NCBI GenBank assembly: GCA_021826505.1
Contig: JAKAZV010000003.1
Coordinates: 643 to 64,642, forward strand
Origin: Acidobacteriota bacterium
GTDB taxonomy: Bacteria > Acidobacteriota > Terriglobia > Terriglobales > SCQP01
DNA: 64,000 nucleotides
Direction of reading: 5' to 3'
Shown: positions 20,366-31,523 of the stretch, piece after piece
Position numbering within the stretch: position 1 is the first letter of the stretch
How the letters are laid out: each line of letters starts with the position of its first letter
The notes under the pieces: generated by a model
Seen by the model: only the letters and a program-made list of their open reading frames with translations
What the model was told of the DNA's origin: nothing
The model's database searches: none
Position numbers and translations under genes: made by a program

Positions 20366-21769
20366 ATGGCCGATTCGATACATTTTGGCACTTCCGGCTG
20401 GCGCGCCATTCTGGGAGAAGAATTTACTTTTTTCAATGTGGCCCGGGCGCTGACGGGCATCGCGGAATATTTGCATGAACACGTCGCGGGGCCGCCGGAA
20501 GTGGTGGTGGGGCATGATACCCGCTTTTTAGGCGAGCGCTTTGCCGGCTTTGCCGCCGCGCAACTGCAAGCGATGGGCGTGAAAGCTCAACTAGCCGCGG
20601 CGGCCGCGCCGACGCCGGCCTTGGCCTACTATGCGGTAAAAAACCGGCTGGCGGGGGTGATTAACTTCACCGCCTCGCACAATCCGCCGGAATACAACGG
20701 CTTGAAATTTTCCACGGCCGCAGGCGCGCCCGCGCCGCCCGAGATCACGGGCGCGATCGAAGCCCGCATACCCGGGACGGCCGCGGCGCCGAGCGGAGAC
20801 CCGCCCGGGTCCTTCGTCCCAGCCGATATTCGAACGCCGTATTTGGCGCGGCTCCAGGAACTGGTCCGCCTCGACGTCATCCATGCCGCGGGATTGAAAA
20901 TTGGACTGGATCCGCTCTGGGGCACGGCGCGCGGCTATACCCATCAGTTGCTCGAGCAAGCGAATGTGCCTTGTGTGATCGTGCACGACTATCGCGACGT
21001 GCTGTTCGGAGGGCATGCGCCCGAGCCGGAAATCCAGAATACGCGAGAGCTGGCCCAGCGGATGCAAGCCGCGGGCGCAACCCTGGGCCTGGTGACCGAC
21101 GGCGATGCCGACCGCTTCGGCATTCTTGATGAGACCGGGGAGCTGGTGCAACCCAACTACGTTCTGGCCCTGCTTCTGGATTATCTGATCGAAAGCCGGG
21201 GCTGGCGGCACGGCGCGGGCAAGAGCGTGGCCACCACGCATCTGCTCAACGCGGTGGCCGAATATCATAAAATTCCACTGTATGAGACCCCGGTGGGCTT
21301 TAAATACCTGGGCGAGCTGATTATTAAAAATCAAGCCACGCTGGTGGGAGAAGAAAGCGCCGGCCTGACGATCTTCGGGCATGTGCCGGAAAAAGACGGC
21401 ATCCTGGCCGGGCTTTTGATCGCGGAAATGGTGGCCAGCCGCCGCGCCGGAGTGCGGGAGCAAATCGCGGCGCTGTTTGCCAAAGTAGGTTCCTTTTACC
21501 CCGCGCGCGAGAATTTCCGCTTGACGCGGGAGCAGCGCTCGCGATTAAGTCAAAGATTGGAAGATGCGCCGGGGCAATTTGCCGGACACCGGGTCAGCGA
21601 AGTCATCCGCACCGATGGACTGAAACTGCTGCTGGATGACGGCGCTTGGGTCCTGTTTCGCCCGTCCGGAACCGAACCGGTGGTGCGCATCTACGTGGAA
21701 TCGCGAACGCTGCAGGAACAGGCGGCATTGCAAGCCGCGGCGCGGAAATTTTTACTGGATTCAGCATGA
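20366..21769 (+). CDS. Phosphoglucomutase/phosphomannomutase (alpha-D-phosphohexomutase family)
   Basis: FGTSGWRA, active-site loop FTASHNPPEYNGLKF, Mg loop TDGDADRFG, and GEESAG. Confidence 0.85.
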   Translation: MADSIHFGTSGWRAILGEEFTFFNVARALTGIAEYLHEHVAGPPEVVVGHDTRFLGERFAGFAAAQLQAMGVKAQLAAAAAPTPALAYYAVKNRLAGVINFTASHNPPEYNGLKFSTAAGAPAPPEITGAIEARIPGTAAAPSGDPPGSFVPADIRTPYLARLQELVRLDVIHAAGLKIGLDPLWGTARGYTHQLLEQANVPCVIVHDYRDVLFGGHAPEPEIQNTRELAQRMQAAGATLGLVTDGDADRFGILDETGELVQPNYVLALLLDYLIESRGWRHGAGKSVATTHLLNAVAEYHKIPLYETPVGFKYLGELIIKNQATLVGEESAGLTIFGHVPEKDGILAGLLIAEMVASRRAGVREQIAALFAKVGSFYPARENFRLTREQRSRLSQRLEDAPGQFAGHRVSEVIRTDGLKLLLDDGAWVLFRPSGTEPVVRIYVESRTLQEQAALQAAARKFLLDSA

Positions 21770-22107
21770 AGATAGCATGGCCGCAGGGATGGAAGGAACG
21801 CCGCCGGGCTTGGCATTTGCGCCGCCGGTTGCCGCTGTATGGGCTGGCCTTGTTGGCCGCGCTGGCGCTGCATCATGAAATTTTCGGCGCGGACGGCTAT
21901 CTGGCTTTTCGGCGCGAGCAGGCGATTTACCAAAGCCATGCCCGGGAATTGGCCCGCTTGACGCTGGATAACCAGAAACTGCATGCCAGTATCCGGCAAT
22001 TGCGCGGCAATCCCCATGCGATTGCCCGGATTGCGCGGCGGCAACTGCATTTGACCCGTCCGGGCGAAATTATTTACACCTACCCCAAATCATCCCGGCA
22101 TCGCTAA
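21766..22107 (+). CDS. Septum formation initiator (FtsB/DivIC-like) protein
   Basis: ATGA overlap with the phosphohexomutase stop. One TM helix (LPLYGLALLAALAL), then a coiled-coil and IARIARRQLHLTRPGEIIY, typical of FtsB. Confidence 0.6.
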   Translation: MKIAWPQGWKERRRAWHLRRRLPLYGLALLAALALHHEIFGADGYLAFRREQAIYQSHARELARLTLDNQKLHASIRQLRGNPHAIARIARRQLHLTRPGEIIYTYPKSSRHR

Positions 22108-22157
22108 AGAACTCAAGTTGGACCGGGTTGACGGGATCTTGTGCCCAGGCAGGCGAT

Positions 22158-22940
22158 TCAGGCAATCACGCCGGTTAAGGGCGAACTGGCGCTGGCATGC
22201 AGACGGGCGGACATGCGGCCCGCGAGATAACTCAGCCGGCCGGCCTGGATGGCGTGGTTCATAGCCCGGGCCATGCTTTCCGGATGAGCGGCGGCGGCGA
22301 TCGCGGTATTCATTAAAACGCCATCCGCGCCCAGTTCCATGGCGCGCGTGGCATCGGAGGCGCAGCCCACGCCGGCATCCACGATGAGCGGCACCTGGGT
22401 GATGCGTTCGCGCAGAATGCGCAGTGCGGCGGTATTTTGTATTCCCAGGCCGGAACCGATGGGGGCGGCCAACGGCATGATGGCCGCCGCGCCCGCATCC
22501 AAAAGCCGCTGGGCCACGATCAGATCATCATTGGTGTAGGGGAGCACATGAAAGCCCTCGCGGGCCAGGATTTCAGTAGCCGTGAGCAAGGCGGCGGTAT
22601 CGGGAAACAGAGTGGCCGCGTCGCCGATCACTTCCAGCTTGACCCAGGGATTATCCAGCGCTTCACGCGCCAGGCGCGCGGTGCGCACGGCATCTTCCGC
22701 GGTATAACAGCCGGCGGTATTGGGCAGGATTAATAATTTCGACAGATCCAGATAGTCGAGCAGGTTTTTTTCCGAACGGCTGGTGATGTTGACCCGGCGC
22801 ACCGCGACGGTTACGACTTCCGCGCCGCTCAACTGAATGCAGCGCGCGGTTTGCTCGAAGCTGGAGTATTTGCCGGTGCCGATTAATAAACGGGAGGCCA
22901 ATGAACGGCCGGCAATCACCAGTGCGTCTTCCATATTCAA
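22158..22940 (-). CDS. thiG: Thiazole synthase
   Basis: [15 protein letters not shown] and IVDAGVG motifs; 260 aa. Confidence 0.9.
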   Translation of the reverse strand: MNMEDALVIAGRSLASRLLIGTGKYSSFEQTARCIQLSGAEVVTVAVRRVNITSRSEKNLLDYLDLSKLLILPNTAGCYTAEDAVRTARLAREALDNPWVKLEVIGDAATLFPDTAALLTATEILAREGFHVLPYTNDDLIVAQRLLDAGAAAIMPLAAPIGSGLGIQNTAALRILRERITQVPLIVDAGVGCASDATRAMELGADGVLMNTAIAAAAHPESMARAMNHAIQAGRLSYLAGRMSARLHASASSPLTGVIA

Positions 22941-22958
22941 ATGGTAGCATCCGGATTT

Positions 22959-24011
22959 TTACAGCAACCGGCGCAGGATCGCCAGCGCCGCATGGCCTTG
23001 TTCGGGGCTGACGTCGCGGTGCGTGACCCAGCGGAGTTGATGGGGACCCGCAGCTCCGCACAAGATTCCGGCAGCAGCCAGATCCCGGACCCAGACCGCC
23101 GCGGGACGGCCGGTGGCTTGGGTGTCAAATATAAGAATATTGGTCTCGACGGTGCCCGGATCCAGCCCGATGCCCGGCAATTGCGCCAGGCCTTCAGCGA
23201 GTTCGCGCGCCAGGACATGATCGCGGGGCAGTTGCGCCGGGCCATCTTCCAACGCCAGCAACCCCGCGGCGGCGAGAATGCCGGCCTGGCGCATGCCGCC
23301 GCCCAGTCTTTTCCGCAAAATGCGAGCCTGATGAATGAATTCCCGCGAGCCGGCCAACAGCGAACCGACCGGCGCGCCGAGACCTTTGGAGAGGCAGAAC
23401 ATCACGCTGTCAAAGCTGCGGCTCAGGGCTGCAACCGTCGTATGCAGGGCCGCGGCGGCATTGAAGATGCGCGCGCCATCGAGATGCACCGGCAATTGCA
23501 GGTCATGGGCCTGTTGGCAGATGGCATCGCTTTCCGCCTGGCCCAGCACCACGCCACCGGCCAGATTCAAGGTGTTTTCCACCACGATGAGACCAGTGCG
23601 CGCCTTGTGATAGGGAGCGTCCAAGCGTAGATGGGGTTCGATACAGGGCCATGTTAATTTGCCATCCGCGGCGGTGGCCGGCCGGATCAAGCCGCCGGCT
23701 AGGACGGCGGGCATGGCCATTTCATAATTGAAGATATGAGCCCGCGCTTCGCAGATGATTTCCTGGCCGGGGCGCAGGTGAACGGCCAGCGCAATCTGAT
23801 TGCCCATGGTGCCGGTGGGAACCAGGAGCGCGGCTTCGCGCCCCAGCATCTCGGCCGCGCGCGCTTCCAGGCGATTGACGGTGGGGTCCTCTCCGTAGAC
23901 ATCGTCGCCCACTTCGGCATTGCGCATGGCTTCGCGCATGGCCAGGGTGGGCCGCGTGACGGTATCGCTGCGCAGATCTATGGGCAGGGGAATGGTGGGC
24001 ATGGGAGCCAT
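22959..24011 (-). CDS. ltaE: Low-specificity L-threonine aldolase
   Basis: [33 protein letters not shown] and the PLP-lysine region [13 protein letters not shown]. Confidence 0.8.
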   Translation of the reverse strand: MAPMPTIPLPIDLRSDTVTRPTLAMREAMRNAEVGDDVYGEDPTVNRLEARAAEMLGREAALLVPTGTMGNQIALAVHLRPGQEIICEARAHIFNYEMAMPAVLAGGLIRPATAADGKLTWPCIEPHLRLDAPYHKARTGLIVVENTLNLAGGVVLGQAESDAICQQAHDLQLPVHLDGARIFNAAAALHTTVAALSRSFDSVMFCLSKGLGAPVGSLLAGSREFIHQARILRKRLGGGMRQAGILAAAGLLALEDGPAQLPRDHVLARELAEGLAQLPGIGLDPGTVETNILIFDTQATGRPAAVWVRDLAAAGILCGAAGPHQLRWVTHRDVSPEQGHAALAILRRLL

Positions 24012-24241
24012 GAGTTTAAAACCAGTTCCAAACTATTTTAGGAAAGTGTGAAAAGAAAGCCCAGAGCCGTTTCATTTTGGGATTTTTCCGGGACAAATTT
24101 TAAATTCATAGATTGCGCTGTCACCGCAACTGAGCCTATGATCGGGTTACCTTCCGTTAGCCTGGAGCGGGGGCGAGGGCTGAATCCAGGCACATCCAAA
24201 CCACAGGTCCGGAACGGATCTGTTACGAAAGAGGGAAGCAT

Positions 24242-24697
24242 ATGCCACGCAGCGTCAATAAAGTGATTCTGATCGGAAATCTGGGCCGGGATCCGGAAAT
24301 GAAATATACTCCGGGCGGACAGGCAGTCACGCGTCTGGGCTTGGCCACGAATGAGCGCTGGAAAGATAAAAATGGCGAATTCCAGGAGCGCACCGAATGG
24401 CACACCGTTGTGTGCTGGGGCAAGCTGGCGGAAACGGCCAGCCAATATTTAACGAAAGGCCAGAGCGTATATATCGAAGGCCGGCTGCAGACTCGGACCT
24501 GGGAAGATAAAGAAAATAAAAAACATTATTCGACCGAGATCATCGCCAACGAGATGGTCATGCTGGGCGGGCGCGGCGGCGGGCAGCAGGCGCGCGCGGC
24601 GGGCGCGGGCACAGGGCCGGGAGACCATTTCAGCCAGGAGAGCGGTGCGCCACCGGCGGTGGAAGGCGGCATTACGGACGACGACGTGCCATTTTAA
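24242..24697 (+). CDS. ssb: Single-stranded DNA-binding protein
   Basis: [35 protein letters not shown], a Gly-rich linker and the acidic tip DDDVPF. GAGGGA RBS. Confidence 0.9.
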   Translation: MPRSVNKVILIGNLGRDPEMKYTPGGQAVTRLGLATNERWKDKNGEFQERTEWHTVVCWGKLAETASQYLTKGQSVYIEGRLQTRTWEDKENKKHYSTEIIANEMVMLGGRGGGQQARAAGAGTGPGDHFSQESGAPPAVEGGITDDDVPF

Positions 24698-24715
24698 AAC
24701 AGGCTACAGTAAGGC

Positions 24716-25186
24716 ATGCGCTTTGAAAATTGCGCTCCTCCGGCGCGCTCGACCACCCGCATCAAAATTGGCGGCCAGGGCTTCGATTTACGCTCGCAAT
24801 TCCGCTGGGTGGGCGTGACCTTTGGTCCGGAGGAGCGTCATGCCACTCTGGCCTGGCTGGCGCTGGAATTGCCGGAGGTAAGCGGGCTGGTGCTGGAATT
24901 CCGCGGGGTAAACCGGTTCGAGAGCTCGATCAGCGGCGCGGAGATGCCGGGGCCGCTCGAAAGCTGGGAGTGGCGCGAAGAACCGGATCATGACCCTGGG
25001 CAAGCCGGCGGTGAGAGTGACGGCAGCTCATTAATTTTTTTCTTTGAGTCTGGAACCCTGCGGCTGGCGGCGGACTCAGTGCATGCCGCGATACTTACGG
25101 GCGAGCCTGATCCGGAATTCGAAGATGACGAGCCCGATTCCGGCCTGATCCAGCTGGATGTGCCCAAGCCCACAAAACCCCATTGA
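24716..25186 (+). CDS. Hypothetical acidic protein
   Basis: 156-aa ORF 18 nt after ssb with an acidic C-terminus (EPDPEFEDDEPDSG). I recognise no family. Confidence 0.4.
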   Translation: MRFENCAPPARSTTRIKIGGQGFDLRSQFRWVGVTFGPEERHATLAWLALELPEVSGLVLEFRGVNRFESSISGAEMPGPLESWEWREEPDHDPGQAGGESDGSSLIFFFESGTLRLAADSVHAAILTGEPDPEFEDDEPDSGLIQLDVPKPTKPH

Positions 25187-25209
25187 GCCGGTGCGGGTTA
25201 CGATAAAGC

Positions 25210-27153
25210 ATGCCGAAAACTCCAGGCGAAACGCGCATGGACCCGGTGCGGTACGACGTGACGCGGCTGGGTGACGATGACCTTCATTTATTTAATGAAG
25301 GCAACCATTACCGGCTGTATGACAAATTAGGAGCCCATCTCATGTCCCGGGAGGGCCAGCCGGGCGTCTATTTTGCCGTCTGGGCGCCCAATGCCGAATA
25401 CGTGGGCGTGGCCGGGGATTTCAATCAATGGCAAGGCGAACGGCATCCGCTGCGGCCCTGCCGTGATTCGGGAATCTGGGAAGGTTGGATACCCGGGCTG
25501 GCGCCCGGGACGCTGTATAAATACGCCATCCGTTCGCGGCATGCCGGGTATCGCGCCGAAAAGGCCGATCCTTTTGGGTTTGCGCACGAGGTGCCGCCGC
25601 GCACGGCATCCCGAGTCTGGCCCCTCGAATATGACTGGCAGGACGCGGAATGGATGCGGGAACGCAAGGGGCGCAATGCCGCCGAAGCGCCGCAGGCGAT
25701 TTACGAAGTTCATCTGGGCTCCTGGGCGCGGAAACCGGAAGCGGGGAATGAATGGCTGAGCTATCGCGAACTGGCGCCCCGGCTGGCCGCGCATGTCCAG
25801 GACCTGGGGTTTACGCATGTGGAATTGCTGCCGGTGATGGAGCATCCGTTTTATGGCTCCTGGGGCTACCAGACCACGGGGTATTTCGCGCCCACCAGCC
25901 GCTACGGGACGCCGCAGGATTTTATGTATCTGGTGGACGTGTTGCACCAGCATGGCATCGGGGTGATTCTGGATTTTGTTCCCTCCCATTTTCCCAATGA
26001 TCCGCACGGCCTCGACTTTTTCGACGGCACGCATTTATACGAGCACTCCGACCCGCGGCAGGGTTTTCATCCCGACTGGAAGTCGAACATCTTTAACTAC
26101 GACCGCCATGAAGTGCGCAGTTTTCTGCTCAGCAGCGCATTGTTCTGGCTGGAATACTATCATGCCGACGGTTTGCGCGTGGATGCGGTCGCTTCGATGT
26201 TGTACCTGGACTATTCGCGCCAGCCGGGCGAATGGATTCCCAACCGCTATGGCGGCCGGGAAAATCTGGGGGCGATCACGTTTCTGCGTCGCCTCAATGA
26301 GGCCGCTTATGGGGCGCAGCCTGGCATTCAGACCTATGCCGAAGAGTCCACGGCCTGGCCCTCGGTCTCGCGTCCAACCTATTTGGGCGGCCTGGGCTTT
26401 GGCTTCAAATGGGACATGGGCTGGATGCACGATACGCTGGCCTACCTGGCTCACGATCCCGTGCATCGGCGCTTTCATCATGGCGAACTGACATTTCGCA
26501 TGCTGTATGCTTTCACCGAAAATTACGTGCTGCCGTTATCCCACGACGAAGTGGTGCATGGCAAAAGCTCGCTGCTGGGTAAGATGCCCGGGGATGACTG
26601 GCAGAAATTCGCCAATCTTCGCCTGTTGTTCTCATATATGTATGGCCAGCCGGGCAAAAAACTGCTCTTCATGGGCGCCGAAATCGCGCCCTGGGCGGAG
26701 TGGCAGCACGAGCAGAGTCTGGATTGGCATTTGCTGGAATATGCGCCGCATCGGGGTGTGCGCGATCTGGTGCGCGATCTGAACCGGCTTTATGCTTCCG
26801 AGCCGGCCCTGCATCAGATGGATACCGCCAGCGAGGGTTTTGCCTGGGTGGATTGCAACGATGCCGACACCAGCGTGCTGAGCTGGCTGCGTCTGTCCCG
26901 GGCGGATTCCGCCGCCGGTGCGGTGCTTGCGGTCTGCAATTGCACGCCCGTGCCGCGGCCGGAATATCGGGTTGGAGTGCCGGTCGGGGGATGGTGGCGC
27001 GAACGGCTGAACTCCGACGCAGGCGAATATGGCGGCAGCGGCCTGGGCAATGCCGGCGGAGTTATGGCCGAGGCCATTCCGCATCATGGGCGGCCGTATT
27101 CGCTGCGGCTGATGCTGCCGCCGCTGGCGGCGGTGTTTTTTCAAGCCCCGTAA
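25210..27153 (+). CDS. glgB: 1,4-alpha-glucan branching enzyme
   Basis: GH13 catalytic blocks [21 protein letters not shown] and SHDEVVHGK, plus HFPNDPHGL. Confidence 0.9.
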   Translation: MPKTPGETRMDPVRYDVTRLGDDDLHLFNEGNHYRLYDKLGAHLMSREGQPGVYFAVWAPNAEYVGVAGDFNQWQGERHPLRPCRDSGIWEGWIPGLAPGTLYKYAIRSRHAGYRAEKADPFGFAHEVPPRTASRVWPLEYDWQDAEWMRERKGRNAAEAPQAIYEVHLGSWARKPEAGNEWLSYRELAPRLAAHVQDLGFTHVELLPVMEHPFYGSWGYQTTGYFAPTSRYGTPQDFMYLVDVLHQHGIGVILDFVPSHFPNDPHGLDFFDGTHLYEHSDPRQGFHPDWKSNIFNYDRHEVRSFLLSSALFWLEYYHADGLRVDAVASMLYLDYSRQPGEWIPNRYGGRENLGAITFLRRLNEAAYGAQPGIQTYAEESTAWPSVSRPTYLGGLGFGFKWDMGWMHDTLAYLAHDPVHRRFHHGELTFRMLYAFTENYVLPLSHDEVVHGKSSLLGKMPGDDWQKFANLRLLFSYMYGQPGKKLLFMGAEIAPWAEWQHEQSLDWHLLEYAPHRGVRDLVRDLNRLYASEPALHQMDTASEGFAWVDCNDADTSVLSWLRLSRADSAAGAVLAVCNCTPVPRPEYRVGVPVGGWWRERLNSDAGEYGGSGLGNAGGVMAEAIPHHGRPYSLRLMLPPLAAVFFQAP

Positions 27154-27167
27154 GCTGTGGACCGGGT

Positions 27168-27935
27168 TTAATGGCTGCAGTGCCAGTCGAAGAAGGCCAG
27201 CGTGTGGGCCCAGGCCTGCTGGGCGCTGGCGGGATGGTAGCTGGGCCGGGCATCGTTGAAAAAGGCATGGCCCGCCTCGCCAAACGTCACATCGGTAAAC
27301 GATTTGCCGGCCGCGCGCAGGGCGGCCAGCACTTGTTCGCGCTGCGCCGCGGGAATATGGGTGTCCTTATCGCCCCAGAAAAATAAAACCGGGGCCTGCA
27401 GGTGCGGCGCGCGATCAAGCAGACTGGGAATACTGCCGCCATAATAGGACGCGGCGGCGCGAAACGGGCGCAGGCTCGCCGCTAAAAACGCCGCCCGGCC
27501 GCCCATGCAGTAACCTGAGCAAACCACCTGATCGCAGTTCCGCGCCAATGCGTCATAGCAAGCCGTAATATCTTCGGACATGCCCGCCTGGGTGAGCGCC
27601 TGCATATGGGGCAGGGCCGAGGAAAAATCATCATAGGAACCGGCGAAACCCGGCGCGGTGCGATGAAAGAGTTCGGGCGCCAGCACTTCATAGCCTTGCC
27701 GGGCGAAACGCCCCGCCAGTTCGCGGATGTGACCGTTGACCCCGAAAGCTTCCTGAAATAATACCAACCCGCGTCCGTTGGAAGTAGCAGGGCGCGCGTG
27801 AAAAGCTGCCATGTCGCCTGAGGAAGAGGGTAAATGCAGGTATTCCGGCTGGGCGGAAGAGGGCATGGAATCGCTCCTGGGAGAAGGCTCATTTCTATTA
27901 TCAGCCGATAAACCAAATCGGAAATCCAGGCGCAC
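27168..27935 (-). CDS. Dienelactone hydrolase family protein
   Basis: Nucleophile elbow GYCMGGRAAF and C-terminal GAGHAFFND. The likely true start is the Met at 27866. Confidence 0.75.
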   Translation of the reverse strand: MRLDFRFGLSADNRNEPSPRSDSMPSSAQPEYLHLPSSSGDMAAFHARPATSNGRGLVLFQEAFGVNGHIRELAGRFARQGYEVLAPELFHRTAPGFAGSYDDFSSALPHMQALTQAGMSEDITACYDALARNCDQVVCSGYCMGGRAAFLAASLRPFRAAASYYGGSIPSLLDRAPHLQAPVLFFWGDKDTHIPAAQREQVLAALRAAGKSFTDVTFGEAGHAFFNDARPSYHPASAQQAWAHTLAFFDWHCSH

Positions 27936-28146
27936 CCAGGCATCCAGCTTCCTTTTAGGGAGCCGGGTCCCGACAATATCTCGTCGAGAGTAGCGGAGAA
28001 ATCAGGAGTTCTTCATCGCCGGAAAATCACGCCATCAACAACCTAAGGCCGAAACGGCTGCCATGCCGCCGATGCCCGCCTCTCGATCAGAACGATTGCT
28101 GCCCCAGGCGCAAATTCATGGGGCGGAGACCCGGGCCGCGGCCGGT

Positions 28147-28629
28147 TTATGAATTAAAGTAAGGCCGCAGGCGCGCATAGGTGCGAACCAGATCTTCCGG
28201 TATAACCCGGGTTTCGCCTATCACCGATACGAAATTGGCGTCACCCTGCCAGCGGGGCACCACATGCAGATGGAGATGCCCGACGATGCCCGCGCCCGCG
28301 GCGCGTCCCAGGTTGATGCCCACATTCATGCCATCGGGGTGATATTCACTTTGCAGCGCCGCTTCAGCCCGGCTGGCCAGCTCAATGATCTCGGTTCGGG
28401 CCGCGGCACTGCAGCTATTCAAATCCGCCAGGTGGCGAAGCGGAAAAATCATCAGATGACCGGTGGTATAGGGATAGAGGTTGAGCACCACGGCGGCATT
28501 CTGTCCCCGATGAAGAATGAAATTATTTTCATCCCGGGTTTGGCTTTGAATATGGCACAAAGCGCAGAATCCTTCGGGCTTGGGTTCATGCATATACCCA
28601 TAGCGCCAGGGCGAAAATAAAATATCCAT
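28147..28629 (-). CDS. HIT-family nucleotide hydrolase/transferase (Ap4A phosphorylase-like)
   Basis: N-terminus MDILFSPWRYGYM and histidine triad GHLHLHVVPRW. An alternative upstream start is at 28698. Confidence 0.75.
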   Translation of the reverse strand: MDILFSPWRYGYMHEPKPEGFCALCHIQSQTRDENNFILHRGQNAAVVLNLYPYTTGHLMIFPLRHLADLNSCSAAARTEIIELASRAEAALQSEYHPDGMNVGINLGRAAGAGIVGHLHLHVVPRWQGDANFVSVIGETRVIPEDLVRTYARLRPYFNS

Positions 28630-28702
28630 GCGCAACAGTGTATCGCAGGCGTATGATGGGCTCTCTCGGTTCCGCGCGGTCAGCCGCCGGTCTCGCATCC
28701 AC

Positions 28703-29236
28703 TCAGAAAAATAGATATTTACGCCAGCGCTCGTCCCCGTGGCCCATGAGGCGCATGAGATGCCGGCTGGTATGAATATTGAAGGGACGAGGCGAACGCA
28801 ATAGTGTCATTTCCGCTTCCTGCGGCAAGCGGTCGCCTTTATGGTGATTGCAAGCCTGACAGCATGCCACCAGATTTTCCCAGCTGCTTTTGCCTCCGCG
28901 GGAACGGGGAACCACGTGATCCAGGGTCAATTCCTGCGCCGGCCGGGCGACGCCGCAATATTGGCAAATATGACGGTCCCGCATCAGAATATTTTTGCGC
29001 GACAGCGCCCGTCCGCGATGCGGGATGCGGCGGTAATCCAGCAAGCGAATGACCGAGGGCAAAGGAAAACGGGCCTGGGCCGAATGCAGGGGCTGGCCAT
29101 GGATTTCTTCCGCGCGCGCCACCCCTTTTAATACCAGCACAATTGCGCGCCGCGCGGCGCAGATATTAATGGGCTCAAAAGTCGCGTTGAGCACCAGAAC
29201 AGGATGCAATAACGTATGTGAACTTTCGTAGTTCAT
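28703..29236 (-). CDS. HNH endonuclease family protein
   Basis: CQYCG...LTLDHVVPRSRGGKSSWENLVACCQACNHHKG. ATGA overlap with the upstream comF-like gene. Confidence 0.8.
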   Translation of the reverse strand: MNYESSHTLLHPVLVLNATFEPINICAARRAIVLVLKGVARAEEIHGQPLHSAQARFPLPSVIRLLDYRRIPHRGRALSRKNILMRDRHICQYCGVARPAQELTLDHVVPRSRGGKSSWENLVACCQACNHHKGDRLPQEAEMTLLRSPRPFNIHTSRHLMRLMGHGDERWRKYLFF

Positions 29237-30012
29237 AGTCCTGATGGGGTCGCCAGTGCCCCGGATGGTTCAGAAGTTGAGTTGATTCCCAGTCCATGGA
29301 GTTCCAGGTCGGCACGCGTCGCGGTGATTACATGGACTGCAATCGCTCCCGCGCGTTTCAAGACTTCCGCACAGGCATTCACGGTGGCCCCGGTGGTCAG
29401 CACGTCATCCAGCAGCAATATGCGGCGTCCGTTGGCTTCCGCCGGGTGGGCCCGAAAAGCATTTTCGACATTATGCCGGCGTTTATCCCGCTCCAGACCG
29501 GCTTGCGCCCAGGTTTCGCGCCGCCTTTGCAGGACATTTCTATACGGCAGACCTGCATGGCGGCCCAGACTTCGGGCTATGAGTTCACTTTGGTTAAAGC
29601 CTCGGCTTCGGCAGCGTTTGCGGCCGAGCGGCACGGCGGTTATAAAGTCCACGCCCGCCGGCACCAAAGGCGCCATTTGGCGGGCCAGCCATTGAGCTGC
29701 CGTACGCACTTTCTGAAATTTTAAAAGCAGAATGATTTCCCGCGCAGTGCCGGAATAGCCCAGCGCCGAGGCAGCCGAATCATAATTTGGCGGGTAGGCC
29801 CGGCAATAATTGCACCCTTGGGCAGCAGGATCGGAATCGCGATTGCTTACATCCCGGGCTCTTCCACAGCGAACACAGGCTGGGGCATGGGGAGGGCGGG
29901 AAGCGGCTTCAAGGCAGGAACGGCATACCGGCAATCGGCCGGCATGTTCCAAAGGCGAGGTGCATATGCGGCAGGGAGAAGGGAAAAAAAGGCAGAAAAT
30001 ACCTCCCGCCAC
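29233..30012 (-). CDS. ComF-family protein (zinc ribbon plus phosphoribosyltransferase domain)
   Basis: N-terminal CxxC pairs (CRIC...CRSC...CVRCG) and PRTase motif ILLLDDVLTTGAT. Confidence 0.75.
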   Translation of the reverse strand: MAGGIFCLFFPSPCRICTSPLEHAGRLPVCRSCLEAASRPPHAPACVRCGRARDVSNRDSDPAAQGCNYCRAYPPNYDSAASALGYSGTAREIILLLKFQKVRTAAQWLARQMAPLVPAGVDFITAVPLGRKRCRSRGFNQSELIARSLGRHAGLPYRNVLQRRRETWAQAGLERDKRRHNVENAFRAHPAEANGRRILLLDDVLTTGATVNACAEVLKRAGAIAVHVITATRADLELHGLGINSTSEPSGALATPSGL

Positions 30013-30134
30013 ATTCCATAGCGGCTCAGCGACAGCAAAGTGGTTGACGCCCTTGCTGAAAATTTCCTCCCGTCAGTATGAATAAATTCATCATAACATG
30101 CGCATGCAGCCGATAGATTTTATGCAGTGGGATG

Positions 30135-30169
30135 AAAAAAAAGAGGGATGCCGTTGACCGGCATCCCTC
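30135..30169 (-). terminator. Rho-independent terminator of the argD-like gene
   Basis: On the minus strand: GAGGGATGCCG-GTCAA-CGGCATCCCTC (perfect 11-bp stem) followed by T8. Confidence 0.7.
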
Positions 30170-30234
30170 GGACTTGTGCAGAAGCGACAGAGGCGATTCT
30201 ACGTTGTTGGATACATTCGGCGGGCCAAGGTTGC

Positions 30235-31476
30235 TTACGCCTGCCCGCTTTCCACTTCGGCAAAGGATTGCCGCAAAATTGCCAGCGCTGCCCGTACATG
30301 TTTGGGCTGAATGATGTAGGGGGGCAATAAACGAACCACCGTCTCATGCGTGGCATTGACCAGCAACCCCAAATCCCGGGCCCGATCCACAAAGGGCTTG
30401 GCGGGGCGATTGAGTTGCAAACCCAATATCAGGCCGCGGCCCCGCACTTCGGTGATGCTTTTCGACTTACGTGCCAGCTTTTGCAGTCCATGGAGCATTA
30501 AATTTCCCATGCTGGCGATATGGTTTAAAAGTTCGTCCTCTTCCATAATGTTTAAAAATTCCAGCCCCAGGCGACAAGCCAGCGGTCCTCCGCCAAACGT
30601 GGTGCCATGCTGCCCGGGCTGAAAGGCATTCGCGGCGGCGCCGCGCGCCAGCATGCAGCCTAAAGGAAATCCGCTGGCGATGGGTTTAGCCAAAGTCACG
30701 ATATCGGGAGTGATCTCCTGGTCTTGAAAAGCCAGCCATTTGCCGGTTCGTCCCAGCCCGCACTGAATTTCATCCATGATCAGCAATGCCTGATGCTGGC
30801 GGGCTAATTGGCAAGCCAGGCGCAAAAATGCGGAAGAGCATCCCACGATGCCGCCCTCGCCTTGAATTCCTTCCAGGATGACCGCGCATGTCCGCTCCGA
30901 AATGCTGGCGGCTAGAGCGGCTTCATCATTGATGGGAACAAATCGGACGCCCGGCAGCAATGGTTCAAATGCCTGGCGGTATTTGGCCTGTCCGGTGACG
31001 GAGAGCGCGCCCATGGTGCGGCCATGAAAGGCATTCTCCAGCGCTACGATTTCAAATTTGCTTCCGTCGGGCGCCAGCAGCTTGCCATGTGCGCGGGCCA
31101 ATTTAAGTGCTGCTTCCACGGCTTCCGTGCCGCTGTTGGTAAAAAAGGCCCGTTCCATTCCAGTGATCCGGGCCAGGCGTTCCGCCAGCTCTCCCTGGTG
31201 CTCATTAAAGTACAGATTGGAGGCGTGCATGAGCCGCTTGCCCTGTTCACGTAATACACGCACGATTCGAGGATGGGCGTAGCCCAGGGCATTAACCGCG
31301 ATGCCGGCCAGAAAGTCGAGATACTTTCTGCCTTCGCTGTCCATCAGATAAACGCCTTTGCCCTCAACCGCGAGCAGCGGCAGGCGGGCATAGGTAGAAA
31401 GCAGGTATTGCTGTTCCCGTTGCCGCACTTGCTCGAGAGTATTCATGGTGTTTTCCGGCATAGGCGATTTTCGCAT
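30235..31476 (-). CDS. argD: Acetylornithine/succinyl-diaminopimelate aminotransferase (class III PLP)
   Basis: NSGTEAVEAALKLAR, LIMDEIQCGLGRTGK and the PLP lysine in DIVTLAKPIASG. Confidence 0.8.
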   Translation of the reverse strand: MRKSPMPENTMNTLEQVRQREQQYLLSTYARLPLLAVEGKGVYLMDSEGRKYLDFLAGIAVNALGYAHPRIVRVLREQGKRLMHASNLYFNEHQGELAERLARITGMERAFFTNSGTEAVEAALKLARAHGKLLAPDGSKFEIVALENAFHGRTMGALSVTGQAKYRQAFEPLLPGVRFVPINDEAALAASISERTCAVILEGIQGEGGIVGCSSAFLRLACQLARQHQALLIMDEIQCGLGRTGKWLAFQDQEITPDIVTLAKPIASGFPLGCMLARGAAANAFQPGQHGTTFGGGPLACRLGLEFLNIMEEDELLNHIASMGNLMLHGLQKLARKSKSITEVRGRGLILGLQLNRPAKPFVDRARDLGLLVNATHETVVRLLPPYIIQPKHVRAALAILRQSFAEVESGQA

Positions 31477-31523
31477 GTCCAGGCCCGAATGTTGGCGGGA
31501 ATGTTATGACGCGGATGTTTGAA

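Noticed and set aside
22941-22958. An expected TPP riboswitch upstream of thiG.
   Set aside because: Only 18 nt separate thiG from the upstream ltaE-like gene, so there is no room for a riboswitch. thiG appears to be co-transcribed.
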